A stretch of DNA of 64,000 nucleotides, from positions 8,031,095 through 8,095,094 of the forward strand of contig MU054391.1 in the NCBI GenBank assembly GCA_013239625.1, written 5' to 3'. Below, piece after piece: positions 24,490-36,698 of the stretch. Within the stretch, counting starts at the first letter, position 1; each line of letters opens with the position of its first letter. The position numbers were made by a program, and so were the translations under genes. Origin of the DNA: Lama guanicoe (taxonomy: Eukaryota). The notes below the pieces were generated by a model. It did not search any database. It saw only the letters and a list, made by a program, of their open reading frames with translations, and had not been told where the DNA came from.

Positions 24490-25570
24490 ATTAAAAAGCG
24501 ATAGACAACCAAGGGTCACCAGACACAGAGGAAAGCATCCAATGTTAAATGAAAAGGAAGCACACTGGAAAATATCGTAATTTAGAGAGGACAGGATCTA
24601 TCGTTCCTTGCAGGGCAGAAAAAACATGAATCAAGATGAGATTACTATCACCAGAGAAATAAGGGAGAAAAAAATGCTATAGTCATGAAAGAATGATGGA
24701 TTTCTCTAAAAAGTAATTTTGGGGGATAATTTAATAAAACTCTGAAACTTAAAAGCATGATAGCAAAAATGAAAATCTCAAAAGACGATGAGTTAATAAC
24801 AAGAAGAAATTTACAAGCAACGAGAGCAAAAAATCAAAAGGGTAGAAAATAGAAGACGAAGTTAAGAAAAGTAAAGGGTGAGTTCAGATGTGCCAATGTC
24901 TGAATAACGGGATACTCAGGGAGGCAGGACAGAGAAACAGAGGTGAGGAATTGCCCAAAGAACAACTTAAGGAACGTTTTCAGAGCTCACAAGAATTTTC
25001 ATTCTGATCGTTCCCCCTACAGACAATGGACCCAAAGGTCTTCCCCCAAGTACATCATCTGAGATTTCAGAACCATTAAAAAATAAGATTAGAGTAAGTG
25101 TCTATTCAGAAAGAAAGACAGGTTTCAAAAAATGGTATGATTGTTCGAATTTCACTGTTTTTTTCTATAATAATATTGGAAGTTAGAGTGAAGAATACAT
25201 TTGATATTTTAGAAAGTAGTTTCCAACCCAGAATTTAATATCCAAACATGCACTCAATTCCGTATTAGAGTAAAGCCATTTTTAGAAATCTATTTTTTTT
25301 AATCTTACATTTTGCTCCTTAGGAAACTACTAGAGTATGAATTTAAACGAAAATACAAGAACTGAGAAATTTTGAAAGGTAGAAGGAACAGCAACATTGT
25401 ATTTTAGAGCCACAGAAGTAGATACAGAAAGAATCAATTAAGACAGTTAAAATTGGCTGTCTGGGAGCTAGAAGTGAAGATATATTTTTCTAATATGCTT
25501 TGTAGAACTGTTGAACAATTTCAATTATATGCAAGTATAACTTTGTAAAAATTAAATTAATTTTAAAGCA
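24490..25570 (+). mobile_element. HAL1/L1ME ORF1-like fragment (decayed)
   Basis: A-rich ORF1-like remnant: gaaacttaaaagcatgatagcaaaaatgaaaatctca...gtagaaaatagaagacgaagttaagaaaa...ttccaacccagaattt. Confidence 0.65.
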
Positions 25571-26833
25571 GGAAATGGGATAATAAAATTATGGTGAGTT
25601 GTACACCATACAGTGTGAGTCCTTCCACCTTCTACCTTATTATCCAACTATGGGACCTCAACCAAATCATTCTCCTTACTAGGTTTGAGTTTCCCAGCTC
25701 AGTAAATAAAATTATACCTAGATTATAACCCTTTAAAAAAAAAACTAAAGTTTTATTAATCTACTCAATATTGGCTACCGCTTCAATGTAGTTATATGGA
25801 TGGCATCTTTGAAGATTAAGATTTTTGTCGCTAATTTTAACCTTTGATCATAAGCACATTATTAAAACACACAGGATCTGAAATAAAATTACAAATCGTT
25901 TTATTATCATGAAATATGTGATGAAATGGACAGCCTGGAAGAATGTCACTTTCACATCTTTCCATATTCCACAAAAGGTCGGTATATATACCTTTCCCTT
26001 CTCCTCCTATTGACAGAGCAAATGTCCCCTGCCTTTTAGAGAGGTGAAGTCCAGCAGCGGCAGCAGAATTCTCCAGTCTTAGAAACTGGATGCCACTAGA
26101 GGAGCCAGGCGATTTGACGTACATAAATTTGTCTCACAGCGCCCGGTCCACAGTAGACTTTCAATAATACTAATTTATGGGATCATAAATCCACAGTATA
26201 TATTTTGGGGCAATTAAGCAGAAAGAAAGCTTCCAGAGCCGTGGCAGCCATACTCTACCAGCCAACTGGCAAGAAGTTTCTCCTAGAAGGAAGTGCGTGC
26301 TCCCCACTCAGTGCCCTTGAAGGGCTGATGCGGCGGCCAGTGCCTCTGGCCGGCTCTTCTCCAGTCTACCCTTCACCTCTTTGAACTGGCTCTTTGTCCC
26401 TCAGAGGGAATCAAAGGGAAATTAAAATCGAACTTGGGGAAGACGGCTGGCGGGAGTTAGAAACAGAAGAGTTAGTGAGTTTGGTGTTTTATGTGATCCC
26501 TTCTTCTCACCCCCACCAACTCAATTTAATTAATTTCAAGTTGAAACAGATACACTTATCTCCGTATCTCACAGACCATTGTAGTGAAGTTTTCTTGATT
26601 TGCGCCAATTTCTAAGCGCTTTCCTCCTTTGCGTTTTAAAAGAAACTTGAGACTCTGGTCCCAGTAAAGAGAAAGAAAGCATCCCTGATGCTCCGATCCC
26701 TCTAGCTACTCCAAATCTGAGCAGGCTGCATGAGTCATCTTTCCTAGAAATACAACAATGAGATCATCATGTCTGTTTCCTTCCCACTCTGAGCACAGTT
26801 GAATTGGTTTCCTCTGTGTTCAGGGAGCTTTTG

Positions 26834-26875
26834 ATTTTTGTTTTTTGTTTTTTGTTTTTGTTTTTGTTTTTTTTT
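26834..26875. repeat. (T5-6G)n simple repeat
   Basis: tttttgttttttgttttttgtttttgtttttgtttttttt. Confidence 0.85.
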
Positions 26876-28664
26876 CCTGCAAAGCCGTTTGCTTCTTAAT
26901 ACACAGGAATTTAATCATATAATTGGAACACAGCAAAGAAGAAAATGAGCAGAGATGAATACGTTCATTCTTCTTTTCAAGTAGCTCAGTCCCTCTCCAA
27001 AACTAAAATTGTGTAAATGATGGAAAGAGATATATCTGTATTTTGTTTTAATAGCTCCTAGTTTAGGGAACTCACCACCTCCAGAGGAAATTAGTTCTGT
27101 TTTTAACATTTCCCTTAGATGGTTCTTACTTGCATGAACCTAGAATCTGATGGCCTCTAACATTCATTGGTTGTCCCTAGCCCTGACTTCAGGGACTGAG
27201 GAGGGTATGTCTGGCTCTTCCCCAGCTGACATCCCTTCAGATATTTGAGGACAGCTGTCATATCTCATGATCCACCTCACGTGCAGGAGCCATAGAACAT
27301 GTTTCACTTCACTTTGGCTATTTATTTGTGCTTTTAGGTTAACACTTTGTCCTGAACTAAACAAAAAAACTCGATATCAGGTTTTATATTTCTTTAAATT
27401 GCTCTTTCACCAAATTTATGCATTATTCCCATAGAATAGGAAAAATATCTTTTGTCTAAATTACATGGGTAACTTGGCATTGTCACTGTACAACCAGTTA
27501 CCTAGACTATGTTTGTCACAAAACTGAGCATTTCTATTTTTTTCAAGTTCTTAAACTATTCTTTGAAAGATGGCATCTAAATCAAATTACTACATGAATC
27601 TGTGTATGATTTTTAAATTCTCATTTATTCATTTTATATTGTTTGTGTGAAAACAGAATGTAACAAAATATATGATACTTATTCTATTTTTTTTAGGATA
27701 TTACTGTTTAAAGATCATCCTACAAGGATGTTCTCAAATTCCCTTTGAAACTGAAGTTGAACAGAACACCAGATTTATCCCCAGCTGCAAAACTAAGGTT
27801 GCTCAAAGAGACAAACAAAACAGAACAAAAAACAAAAACAGAGCATTATGAAAAATATCTGAATATCCCAAATCACATTCCAGCTGTATAGCTATACATG
27901 AGCAGGCATAAAGAGAAATGGAATTTTAGATATTCAATCAGGAAAGAATCTTATGATTTCCCAAGTAGGTTTAAGGGTACCAGCAAGCTAATTTTCAGAT
28001 GAATTTCAAAAGTGCGGATATAGAACTTTAAAGCTAAAATAGAATCTAGAGAGACAAAGCTCACAGGTAAAAGATCGACTGTCAGAAATTGAGCAAAACA
28101 GAACTAGACTCATTCTCTTGGATTGGGCCACAGAAAAATCGCAATGAGAAATGCAGAGCTGAATGTTCTTTCTCACTGAGACAGCCTCCCCTTTCCACTC
28201 TGCCCCAGGGGGCCGACTTTGTTCTGTGTCACCAACTCCTTCGACTCCTGAGTCAGAGAGCCCAGCAGGACATCGGAGGCTGGAGAAGAAAAGCCTGAGG
28301 CTGCATCCTCATGCCTGCTGTCCCCACCAGGCCAGTGGTCTGAAGGAAGCGACTTCCCCACCAGCACACAGCTCCTACGAGGAGCCCCTCTCGCATCGCT
28401 CCAGCTCTCCTGGGCTTCACTTTGCATCCTCCTCTTGTCCTCCCAGCCCCCAGCTGGGATGACGACTGCACTTCTGGCTCGTGGTTCGCTCAATCCTGCT
28501 CACACATCTATAAACAAGCCCTTCATTAAACAGCCTTGGCTTACTCCTCTGAGCCTGCTTTCTGCAGAGACTAGTTGCTAGAGCACCTGCGGATGTCACA
28601 TGGTAAGAAAGACAGGTGAATATTTTAGAGGCAAACACGTATTTGGTGTTTTTGGAATTATAGT

Positions 28665-28830
28665 GGATTCACAGTAAGGAGACTTAGACTCTGTTCTCAG
28701 TTCTCCCACATATCTGCTTTGTGACCTTGATAAAGTTAATTATCCTCTCAGAGCCTCAACTGCCTCATCTGTGAAATGGGGATACCATTTAACTCTCAGC
28801 CTCATTGCATAAATTAAATTGTCAAAAGCT
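28665..28830 (+). mobile_element. MIR SINE
   Basis: gtgaccttgataaagttaattatcctctcagagcctcaactgcctcatctgtgaaatggggata is the MIR core. Confidence 0.85.
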
Positions 28831-30150
28831 TAATATAGTCATTCACTGCATTTTCCTCAATTTCCATCAACTTTGGCTTCTTATAACAGTCTGCAAATAA
28901 CTAATAATATAGGAGTTGTTCCTACTATTTATCTTTCCAGTCCAGTCTCCCAGCATCTCCTGGATTTATTCTTCACTTTTCTCTCTTCCACTCCAAACTA
29001 CAAAATATCCTGTAAGCAACAGCATTGGCACCCAGATTTCATCTAGTGGATTCGATGTCCATGTTTGTGAGGACCACCCAGGCTGGGAGCAGCCCACTTT
29101 GGGGAAAATCTATTTCCTTTCCCTACCACCTGCCCCAAGCCCACCAATAAACCCTTCCTTTATATTCGCTTTTCTGAGATGCAATTAAGTGGCTTGGACT
29201 AAGTGCCTTGTGTTTAAGACTTTGCCTGACTATTTTCAGGGCTTTTATAGGAATGTCTTTTCTGGCCACCTCCACGTTGGTCCAGGCAGGGTTTAGGCTA
29301 AAAGATCTCCACTCTGGCTGTACCAAGTTTCTGCTTCTCTGTTGGATTTGTTTGGGAAAGTGGAGGGAAGAAAAACCGAACAACTTCTCTTCAATAAAAG
29401 CAAGGCAAGGAAAAATATAGACTGCAATATGTTTAAGTTCATTTAATAAAAATCCCTTTTATTGCCACCCCACTGAATTGGATGAGTGGGATTTTCGTGA
29501 TGGGACTGACCTGAACCACGCTGGGACCTCGGTATCCTTACTGACTCAGTGTTCTGGCTTTCTCATTTGTAGGAGGGAAACAACAGTGTACACTTTGATG
29601 AGGAAGTCGCCATCAGAGAAGGGCTTTGGGGACGATACAACAGCATACGAGAAAGCACTCTGCATACAGCGGCACCTAGCGAGCCCTCACGAGGAGTTTT
29701 ATTATGTATGCATTTTTTTCTTTTCACAGTATATGTTTTTTAAAAATTCATTTTCACTCCTTTTTTCTATATTTGAACCAGTTCAACCATCTTTCTACTC
29801 TCAGACCCTGTTTCTTGATAGCCAATGTGTTTCCTGTGCATGCATACATTGCTGGCTTAGATAATATCCAAATTATCTATATATAAAAAAAATGAGTGAT
29901 TCATTCAGAATTCACGGGCAGCCAGGAAGCTGGGTTTGAGGGTTTGTTCTCCACTTAGTGACCTGAGTGAACCCGTCGTAGCAGTGAGAGTAGCGGTAGG
30001 CAGCGCTCACAAAGGCTGACTCAGCGTCGGGCACTCATGTCAACTCCGCGCATCCTGAATGCACCGAATCCTCCCAGCCGAGCTGTGCGGCAGCTGTTAC
30101 CACCCACAGGAACAGGGAAGAAAACTGAGCAATGAGTTCCGCTTACCCAG

Positions 30151-30624
30151 TGTGATGGGCTGAATCACGCATACATCCCGTCCCCCCCAAAAGATGTTCA
30201 TGACCTAATTCCTGCATCCTGTGAATATGTTTCTTTACATGGCAAAAGAGACTTTGTAGATGTGATTAAATTAAAGATCTTGAGATGGAGAAATTATTCT
30301 TATTCCGATCTAATTACAACAGCCCCTCAGAGAGGGAGGCAGGAGGACCAGAGTTTAGAGACGGAACATGATGATGAGAGTAGAGGTCAACGTGATGCTG
30401 GACCCTGAGCAAAGGCTGCGGGCAGCTTCTAGAAACTGCAAAGCACAAGCGAAAGGATTCCCCTCTAGATCCTTCTGAAGACACTCAGCCCTGCCGACAC
30501 CTTGATTTTATCCACTGAAGCTGGTTTTGGAATTCCGACCTCCAAGATGATAAGAAAATAAGTTTGTATTGTTTTAAGCCACTAAGTTTTGGGTAATTTG
30601 TTTAATAGCAATGCGAGACTAACA
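30151..30624 (+). mobile_element. MLT1C/D-like MaLR solo LTR
   Basis: Starts TGTGATGGGCTGAAT; contains ggcaaaagagactttgtagatgtgattaaattaa and ccctgccgacaccttgatttt; ends ttttaagccactaagtttt...actaaca. Confidence 0.9.
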
Positions 30625-30688
30625 AATCAAGTGACTCACCCAAGGTCATACAATGAGTTTGAGTGAGAACAGGGGGAGTTTGAATTCT

Positions 30689-30749
30689 TTTTTTTTTTCA
30701 ACTGAAGTACAGTCAGTTACAATGTGTCAATCTCTGCTGCATACCACAA
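30689..30749 (-). mobile_element. Very short young L1 3' tail with 9-bp TSD TTGAATTCT
   Basis: Poly-T + caactgaagtacagtcagttacaatgtgtcaatctctg; TSD at 30680-30688 and 30750-30758. Confidence 0.8.
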
Positions 30750-30904
30750 TTGAATTCTAACCAAGGCAGTTTGATCCCAGAAGTTTCACATTGAACGCTA
30801 TACATCACTTCTTTCTAAATGTGTTAGCTAACATTTAATAAATGTGAATGATAATGTCCATCTCACAAAGCACTTGTGATAATTGTTGAAATTCCTGAAT
30901 CATG

Positions 30905-31352
30905 ATTTATTAGATTTCTTTAAAACGTGGCCATATGTGCAGCTCCATCGATGAAGAGATGGTGTCTATTTCCCCACTCCCTGAATCCAGGGCTACCTTG
31001 TGAGTTTTTGCAGTGGAACAGGGTGAAAAGTGAGGTTCTGTAAATTTTGCACCTGCATCTTGGAAGGCCTCTGCCACCACATAAACGAGCCCAGTCTAGT
31101 CTCCTGGAGGGTGAGAAGCCATGTAGATAGAACCAAGCGGTTCAGCGAACAGCCAGCACGAACGGCCAGACCTGTGAACGAGGCCGTGGAACATTTCTGC
31201 CCCAGCGGAACCTCTGCTTAAGGCCGAAGCCCAGGCAAGGCCAAGCAGAGCTGCCCGGCCGCCCACAGGACCACAAGAACTGGTGAACTCGTCATTGATG
31301 CACGCCGCTACGTTTCAGGATGATTAGTTACAAAGCAATGGATAACCGATGT
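30905..31352 (+). mobile_element. MLT1H-like MaLR LTR
   Basis: gaagagatggtgtctatttccccactccctgaatccagggct...gagcccagtctagtct...gttacaaagcaatggataaccga. Confidence 0.75.
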
Positions 31353-31602
31353 ACATGTAAGTACACGAAATATATTCCCCCCTTTAGAATGAGAAAATAT
31401 GCAATTCCTAAAGAGCCAGTTTTCAAAGCAATAACAACCATTGGTTTGATGCTGATTGAAATTCATTTCCTCTTTCAATTCCAGGTCCTGGATATGTATT
31501 AACAAGACAAAATTAATGTCTACAAGGGTACTAGGGATTTTATGCATTTAAATTTCTTGATAACCTAGTCAGAATCCTCATTTTAAAATTAAGAAATTGA
31601 GA

Positions 31603-31752
31603 GGGGAAGGGTAGAGCTCAGTGGTAGAATGCTCAGCACAAGGTCCTGGGTTCAATTCCCAGTATCTCCACTTAAAAATAAATAAAGAAATAAACAAACC
31701 TAATTATTTCCCCTTGCCAAAAAAAAAAAAAGCAAAAGACAAACAAACAAAA
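31603..31752 (+). mobile_element. tRNA-derived SINE, camelid Vic-1-like, inserted into a MIR
   Basis: GGGGAAGGGTAGAGCTCAGTGG (A box) ... GGTTCAATTCC (B box) ... aaataaa...aaacctaattatttcccc + poly-A. The flanks (31560-31600 and 31755-31870) are MIR minus strand. Confidence 0.85.
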
Positions 31753-32799
31753 GCTAAGGCAACTGAGGCTCAGAGAGATTAAATCTCTGGTCTGAGGTCA
31801 CAGAGCTAGAAGAAGCAGGGTATTTTTAACCTAGATCTGCCCGGCACAAAAGTCCATTCTTTTTCCAAGATCAGCTGAAAATGTTCCTAGTACTTATTCC
31901 CTATAGACATCATTTTGCCCTTGCAAATGTGTCCAACTAGTTTTCATCAGTGAGTGGAAAATAGCCAAGATATGATATTCTATGAAATCTCCGTTAACAC
32001 AGAATCCACTGGTAACGGTTGCCAGGCAAAATGTCTTATGCTAAAACTGCCTGTCTTATGAGAAGATGTTAAAACAGTTTTAAAGAGCCTTCTCCTCTCA
32101 ACATGCATTATACTGTTAGCTTTGCTCTTTTTTCCCTCTCTCTGAAATACAATGTGAAAACAAGTCCATATCTTAAATGGAAAACCCTGATGTTGAAAAC
32201 TGCAGTTGAGGACTCCAAGACGGTTGGAGAAGGAATAACACAGCTGGTCGAGGTGAGCCATTACCCTTACAGAGTCCATCTGGAAACACACACGCACGGA
32301 ACATAGTGGAGAAAAAAAAAAAACCCTTTTGGTTGTTTTCTGTCATTTTCCTTGTCTGTCACTTTTTCTTGTCACCATTTTCAACCAGAGGAAGTGTGTG
32401 AGAGGCCCACTGGCCTGCATTCAGGAAAGGATGGAGGTGTACCTAAGACATATGAACATATTTCTCATAGAAAAAGCTGTTTACGATCCACCCCATGTGA
32501 TAAACTTACTTAGTGATCATTGCATTGTTAGAATATATTTGAATGGTATTTGAATGTTTTTGTCTTGGAAGAGTATGACATACTAATTACAAAAAAATAA
32601 AAAAAAGAGTAAATAAGGATAAAAACTACTCATAGTTTCACTATTCAGAGCTGCTTATCCTTGACATGTTGGTATATTTCTTTCTAGCTTTTAACACATT
32701 TTGCACACCTTTTTTCACACTGGTGGGATAAGTCTGTGCCTTTCCTATTTTTAATATTAATGTAATCTTTTAACATTAATTATAAACTTTCATAGAGAT

Positions 32800-33010
32800 C
32801 AGTCATTTTTAATATAGGAGGGCACATGTTCCCTCTGCATGAGGACAGTAGAATTGCATGAGGGTGCCTTTGGCTGTGGCAAAGACTGAGAATATTAGTG
32901 GCATATAGCCACAGGACCTTGAGGATGCTAAACTTCTTGTGCAAGACAGCCTTGAAAAACAAAGAACTGCCCCACTCAAGTGCCATTAATGCCTCAGTTT
33001 AGAAACGCTG
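32800..33010. mobile_element. MER20-like hAT-Charlie MITE
   Basis: ggatgctaaacttc...gacagcc...aacaaagaactgcccc...aatgcctcagtttagaaacgctg matches the MER20 end. Confidence 0.7.
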
Positions 33011-33034
33011 AACATCGGATATTATCATGATTGC

Positions 33035-34930
33035 ATGACTCACTCATTGTTGGTGGAAATGCAAAATGACAGAGCCGCTTTGGAAGACAGTTTGCCACAG
33101 ATTTACCAACAGTGCGCAGTCTCACCAGACAGTAGAGCGACTGCACGCCTAGGTATTTACTCAACTGATCCGAAAACTTACACCGACACAAAAACCTGCC
33201 CATGAATGTGTGTAGCAGCGTCACTGATCACCATCAAAAACTAGAAGCGACCAAGGTGTCCTTCAAAAGGAGACTGGATAAACAAACAGAGGTTCATCCA
33301 TACACAGAACACTACTCAGAGTTTTTTTTTTTTATGCTATCAAGCCACACAAAGGCACACGAGATTTAAATGCATACTGCTAAGTAAAGAAACCAATCTG
33401 GAAAGGCTACGTAGTGTATGATTCCAGGTAGATGACATTCTGGAAAAGGAAAAATACAGGGATGGTCAAAAGGCCAGTGGTTTCCAAGGGTTTATAGGAT
33501 GAACACAGGAGAATTTCTTATGGTGGTGAAGCTATTCTGCAGAGCAGGCTAATGGTGGATAAATGACACCAAGCATTTGTCAAAACCCATTGAAATTCAC
33601 AGCACAAGCAGCAGGCTTTCATGTATAAAAAATTAAAAACATTAGAATGAGGGATCCAGGGATGAAATGAGAACTTTAACAAAGTAACCTACCTGTATGA
33701 TGCATGTATAAAGTAACCCTTCTGAAGGGGGTGGGGGAAAGTTGGAAATGTGTGTTATTTGCAAGGCTGATGGCCAAAGAAACTATAAAAGCACAGTATT
33801 TTAGTCGATAAAATTGTCTCCCATGCGGGTACAGTTAACAATTCTGATGTCAAGTTACCCGCACGCTGCAATTGCATGAGTCTAGAGCATCCTGAGTGCT
33901 TGCAAGTAAGGAAGCACTTACTTATTTAAAGAAGAACTCACTGTTGGGAGTATGTCAACAGAAAACCAACTAAAAGAACACCGATTGGCTAAAGCTGGAA
34001 CAGTTTGAGAAACAAAATAAGTAAGGTAGTATTGGATTAGGAACCAAACTGTCTCTTCTCCTTGATTTTAAAAATTAGTTTTCAACTTATTATTCATATT
34101 TAATTCATTATATACTTCTACTTTTAATTTTAAAATTTATAATTTTATGAGTCTGTACTTACAGATACATATCCATATAAGTAAATATAGATACTTGATT
34201 AAATAGATGAAGAAATCATGGACAAGAACCAAGTCTCTCATGCAGAAAAACTCCACGCAGTTCACGTCCAGAGTCAGCCCTCACGGAGGTGGGACATCGC
34301 TCTGTGCTCTCTGAGCCTGGGCTGCACGTAGTGACTTCCGTGCTGAGTACAGAACAGAAGAAGAGCAACTTTAAATGGAGAAACCTGAGCAGCGTGACTT
34401 CAGCTGGATGAGCACAGTCAACATTTGCAGTGTTGAGTCATGTTAATAGAATGTACCCTTGACATGCTGTAATGAAAGCAGTGCTTTATCTCTGTGGTTT
34501 TCCTCCACAGCTGCCGTAACTCCAGTCTGATAATAAGAAAAAAACAATCAGACAAATCATAATTGAGGAATGTCTTATGCAACACCTCACTAGTATTCCT
34601 GAAAACTGCCAAAATTATCAAAAATAAGAAACTGTCATAGTCACAAGGAGCCTAAGCAGACGTGAAAACTAAATGTAATATGATATCCTGGATGTGATCT
34701 TAGAAAAGGAAAAAAACATCATTAGGTAAAGGCTAAGGAAAACTGAATGAATTTGGACTTCAGTAAATAACGAAATACAATTTTTGTTTGTAATTGTGAC
34801 AGAGGTACCACATGAAGATAAGATGTTTATAAAAGAAGAAACTTGAGTGTCTGTATATGAGAATTTTATGTATTATCTTTATGATTTTTCTGTAATTCTA
34901 AAAGTATTCTAAAATATAGAGTTTATTTAA
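33035..34930 (+). mobile_element. L1MC/MD-type ORF2 end + long 3' UTR (~1.9 kb)
   Basis: cattgttggtggaaatgcaaaatg..ctttggaagacagttt; atgacattctggaaaagg; tatcctggatgtgatcttagaa; ttttctgtaattctaaaagtattctaaaat. Confidence 0.85.
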
Positions 34931-35674
34931 AACTTTAAATGCAAGGAGACAATATGGCTTATTGGAGTGGTTTTTGCTAGGGCAAGTGTCCGTCTCTGGG
35001 TGGAATTTTGTAAATTTGGGTGGATGCTTCTGTAGCCGCAACAACTGAGAGGACATTCCTTGAATTTAGTGGACCAAACAGGGTTTCCAGATATCTTGCC
35101 ATTTGAAGGATGGTCTTCAACAACCTCTGGGTATCAACAAACAAGCCCTTCTTACAGTTATCTGTGTATAAAACTCAATTTTATGTATACACACAGAGTA
35201 CTTTTTCATGATAGTAATATGCAATATATGAATGCATTTCTTGTATATATTGAGGGACAGTTGTAAATTCCTTTCTTTGGAAATTCACTAAGACTTGGTC
35301 ACTACATTGAAAGATCATATAACCAAAGACATCTCTGGGTAATACAGAGCATGGAAGGTCGTTTGTGTCTGTAGCTGTCACGTATGTAGGGATTCTATGC
35401 ACATGCATGAGTAACTAACACATTATGTTTTTTAGGACAGTTTTTTCTTAGTATTTACTTCTTGAAACATATATTATCTTATTGTAAGTTCCTTTTATTT
35501 CTCCATTATGTTACATGAAATAATTCTATTTACTTTTTGAAAATGTGTGTGTAGGTAGGTTATATAATTTGTGAATTTATTTCCAGATGGTAGAGAAAGC
35601 ATTCAACTGTTATCGAATCTGAGGACCTATCAGAGAACCACTCCCTCAGTATAAATAGACCTAGGATGGAATCT

Positions 35675-36045
35675 CTGCCAGAGACAGCTGGTTGTCTACC
35701 AAAATTTTCAGCTACTTTTCTATAGCAGATACCCAGCCTACAGTTACAGTTTCAAACCCTTCTTGCCCCTACTATGGGCAAGACTATGTGACCAGTTTTC
35801 AGCATCAGAATATTGCAAGGTGGCTAAGCTTCTGCCACCTTCCCCTTCCCTGGCGAGAAGCAGGGAATTACACAGACTTGGGGGATGGATGAGCCGCAAG
35901 CTAGAAAGAACTAAATCTCAGAAAACAAGATAAAGAATCTCGGACACCAAAAACACTCATATTTGACTGTTCAGGAGGGAGAAATTAACAGTGATGTCAC
36001 TAAAATCTTGAGATTCTTGTTTTAGCAGCTGGCATTACTAATACA
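35675..36045 (+). mobile_element. MLT1I/J-like MaLR LTR
   Basis: ctatgtgaccagtttt...ggggatggatgagccgcaagctagaaagaac...ttgttttagcagc...ctaataca. Confidence 0.6.
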
Positions 36046-36178
36046 CAGAACACCAGTTCCATCAGTCACTCGCTTTAGTCATTTACCAACTCTAGGTTCT
36101 TAAAGAATATTTAAAAGGAAGCTAAACATAGTAATAGCCTTATGGGGTTGTTGTGAGATTTAAGTGAGATCACACTTA

Positions 36179-36698
36179 CGTGAAAGAAAAATGTCACCTG
36201 CCTTATCAGTAAACGAAGGATGTTGTGGCCATCAAGTCACTACAGCTGCCCCTGACCGTGAGCCCAGAGGGAACTCAGGATGGAGACCAGCAGGCTGCCT
36301 GCTGCCAAGCCCTCAGCCACTGAGGCCACTTCCAACAGGGCCCCCTGAGGAAACTCAGGATGCGAAAGAACAGGATACACATTCTTGATGGCTAAGGTAC
36401 ATAATAAAAGAATGATTTCTATGAGCCCAGACTCTTGCATCTTCCCATACATAGAAAAATGCTAAATTTCTTAACTTGAGATACCTGGTTTCCTTTAGTT
36501 AACAGCCATCTTTTGATTGTTCTGACTACCTGGGTTTTGTTGCAAAACTTCTTTATATCCTGGCTCCTCCCTTACCTTGTTGGAGCAGTCCCTCAGAGCT
36601 ATCTGAGAAGCTGCCTCCTGGGCTTGAAGTCCTCAGAAAATCCACCCAATGAAACATAATTCTTAACTTTCAGGTTGTGCATTTTTTTTCAGTTGACA
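36179..36698 (+). mobile_element. ERV1 solo LTR, MER41-like (cetartiodactyl type), with 4-bp TSD CTTA
   Basis: Ends aaacataattcttaactttcaggttgtgcattttttttcagttgaCA; contains ggagcagtccctcagagctatctgaga. CTTA at 36175-36178 and 36699-36702. Sits inside a MIR. Confidence 0.8.

Larger units (their letters stand above)
29985..30800 (-). mobile_element. MIR SINE split by an MLT1 LTR and a young L1 tail (MIR parts ~29985-30137 and ~30626-30800)
   Basis: gaagaaaactgagc...|...aagtgactcacccaaggtcata...tttgaa|ccaaggcagtttga is collinear with the MIR consensus. Confidence 0.65.

Noticed and set aside
31603..31670. Possible tRNA gene
   Set aside because: A and B boxes are present, but there is no full cloverleaf and it continues into a SINE body and poly-A tail.
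34980..35640. Possible old hAT DNA-transposon fragment
   Set aside because: Could not be matched to a family or to terminal inverted repeats with confidence by eye.
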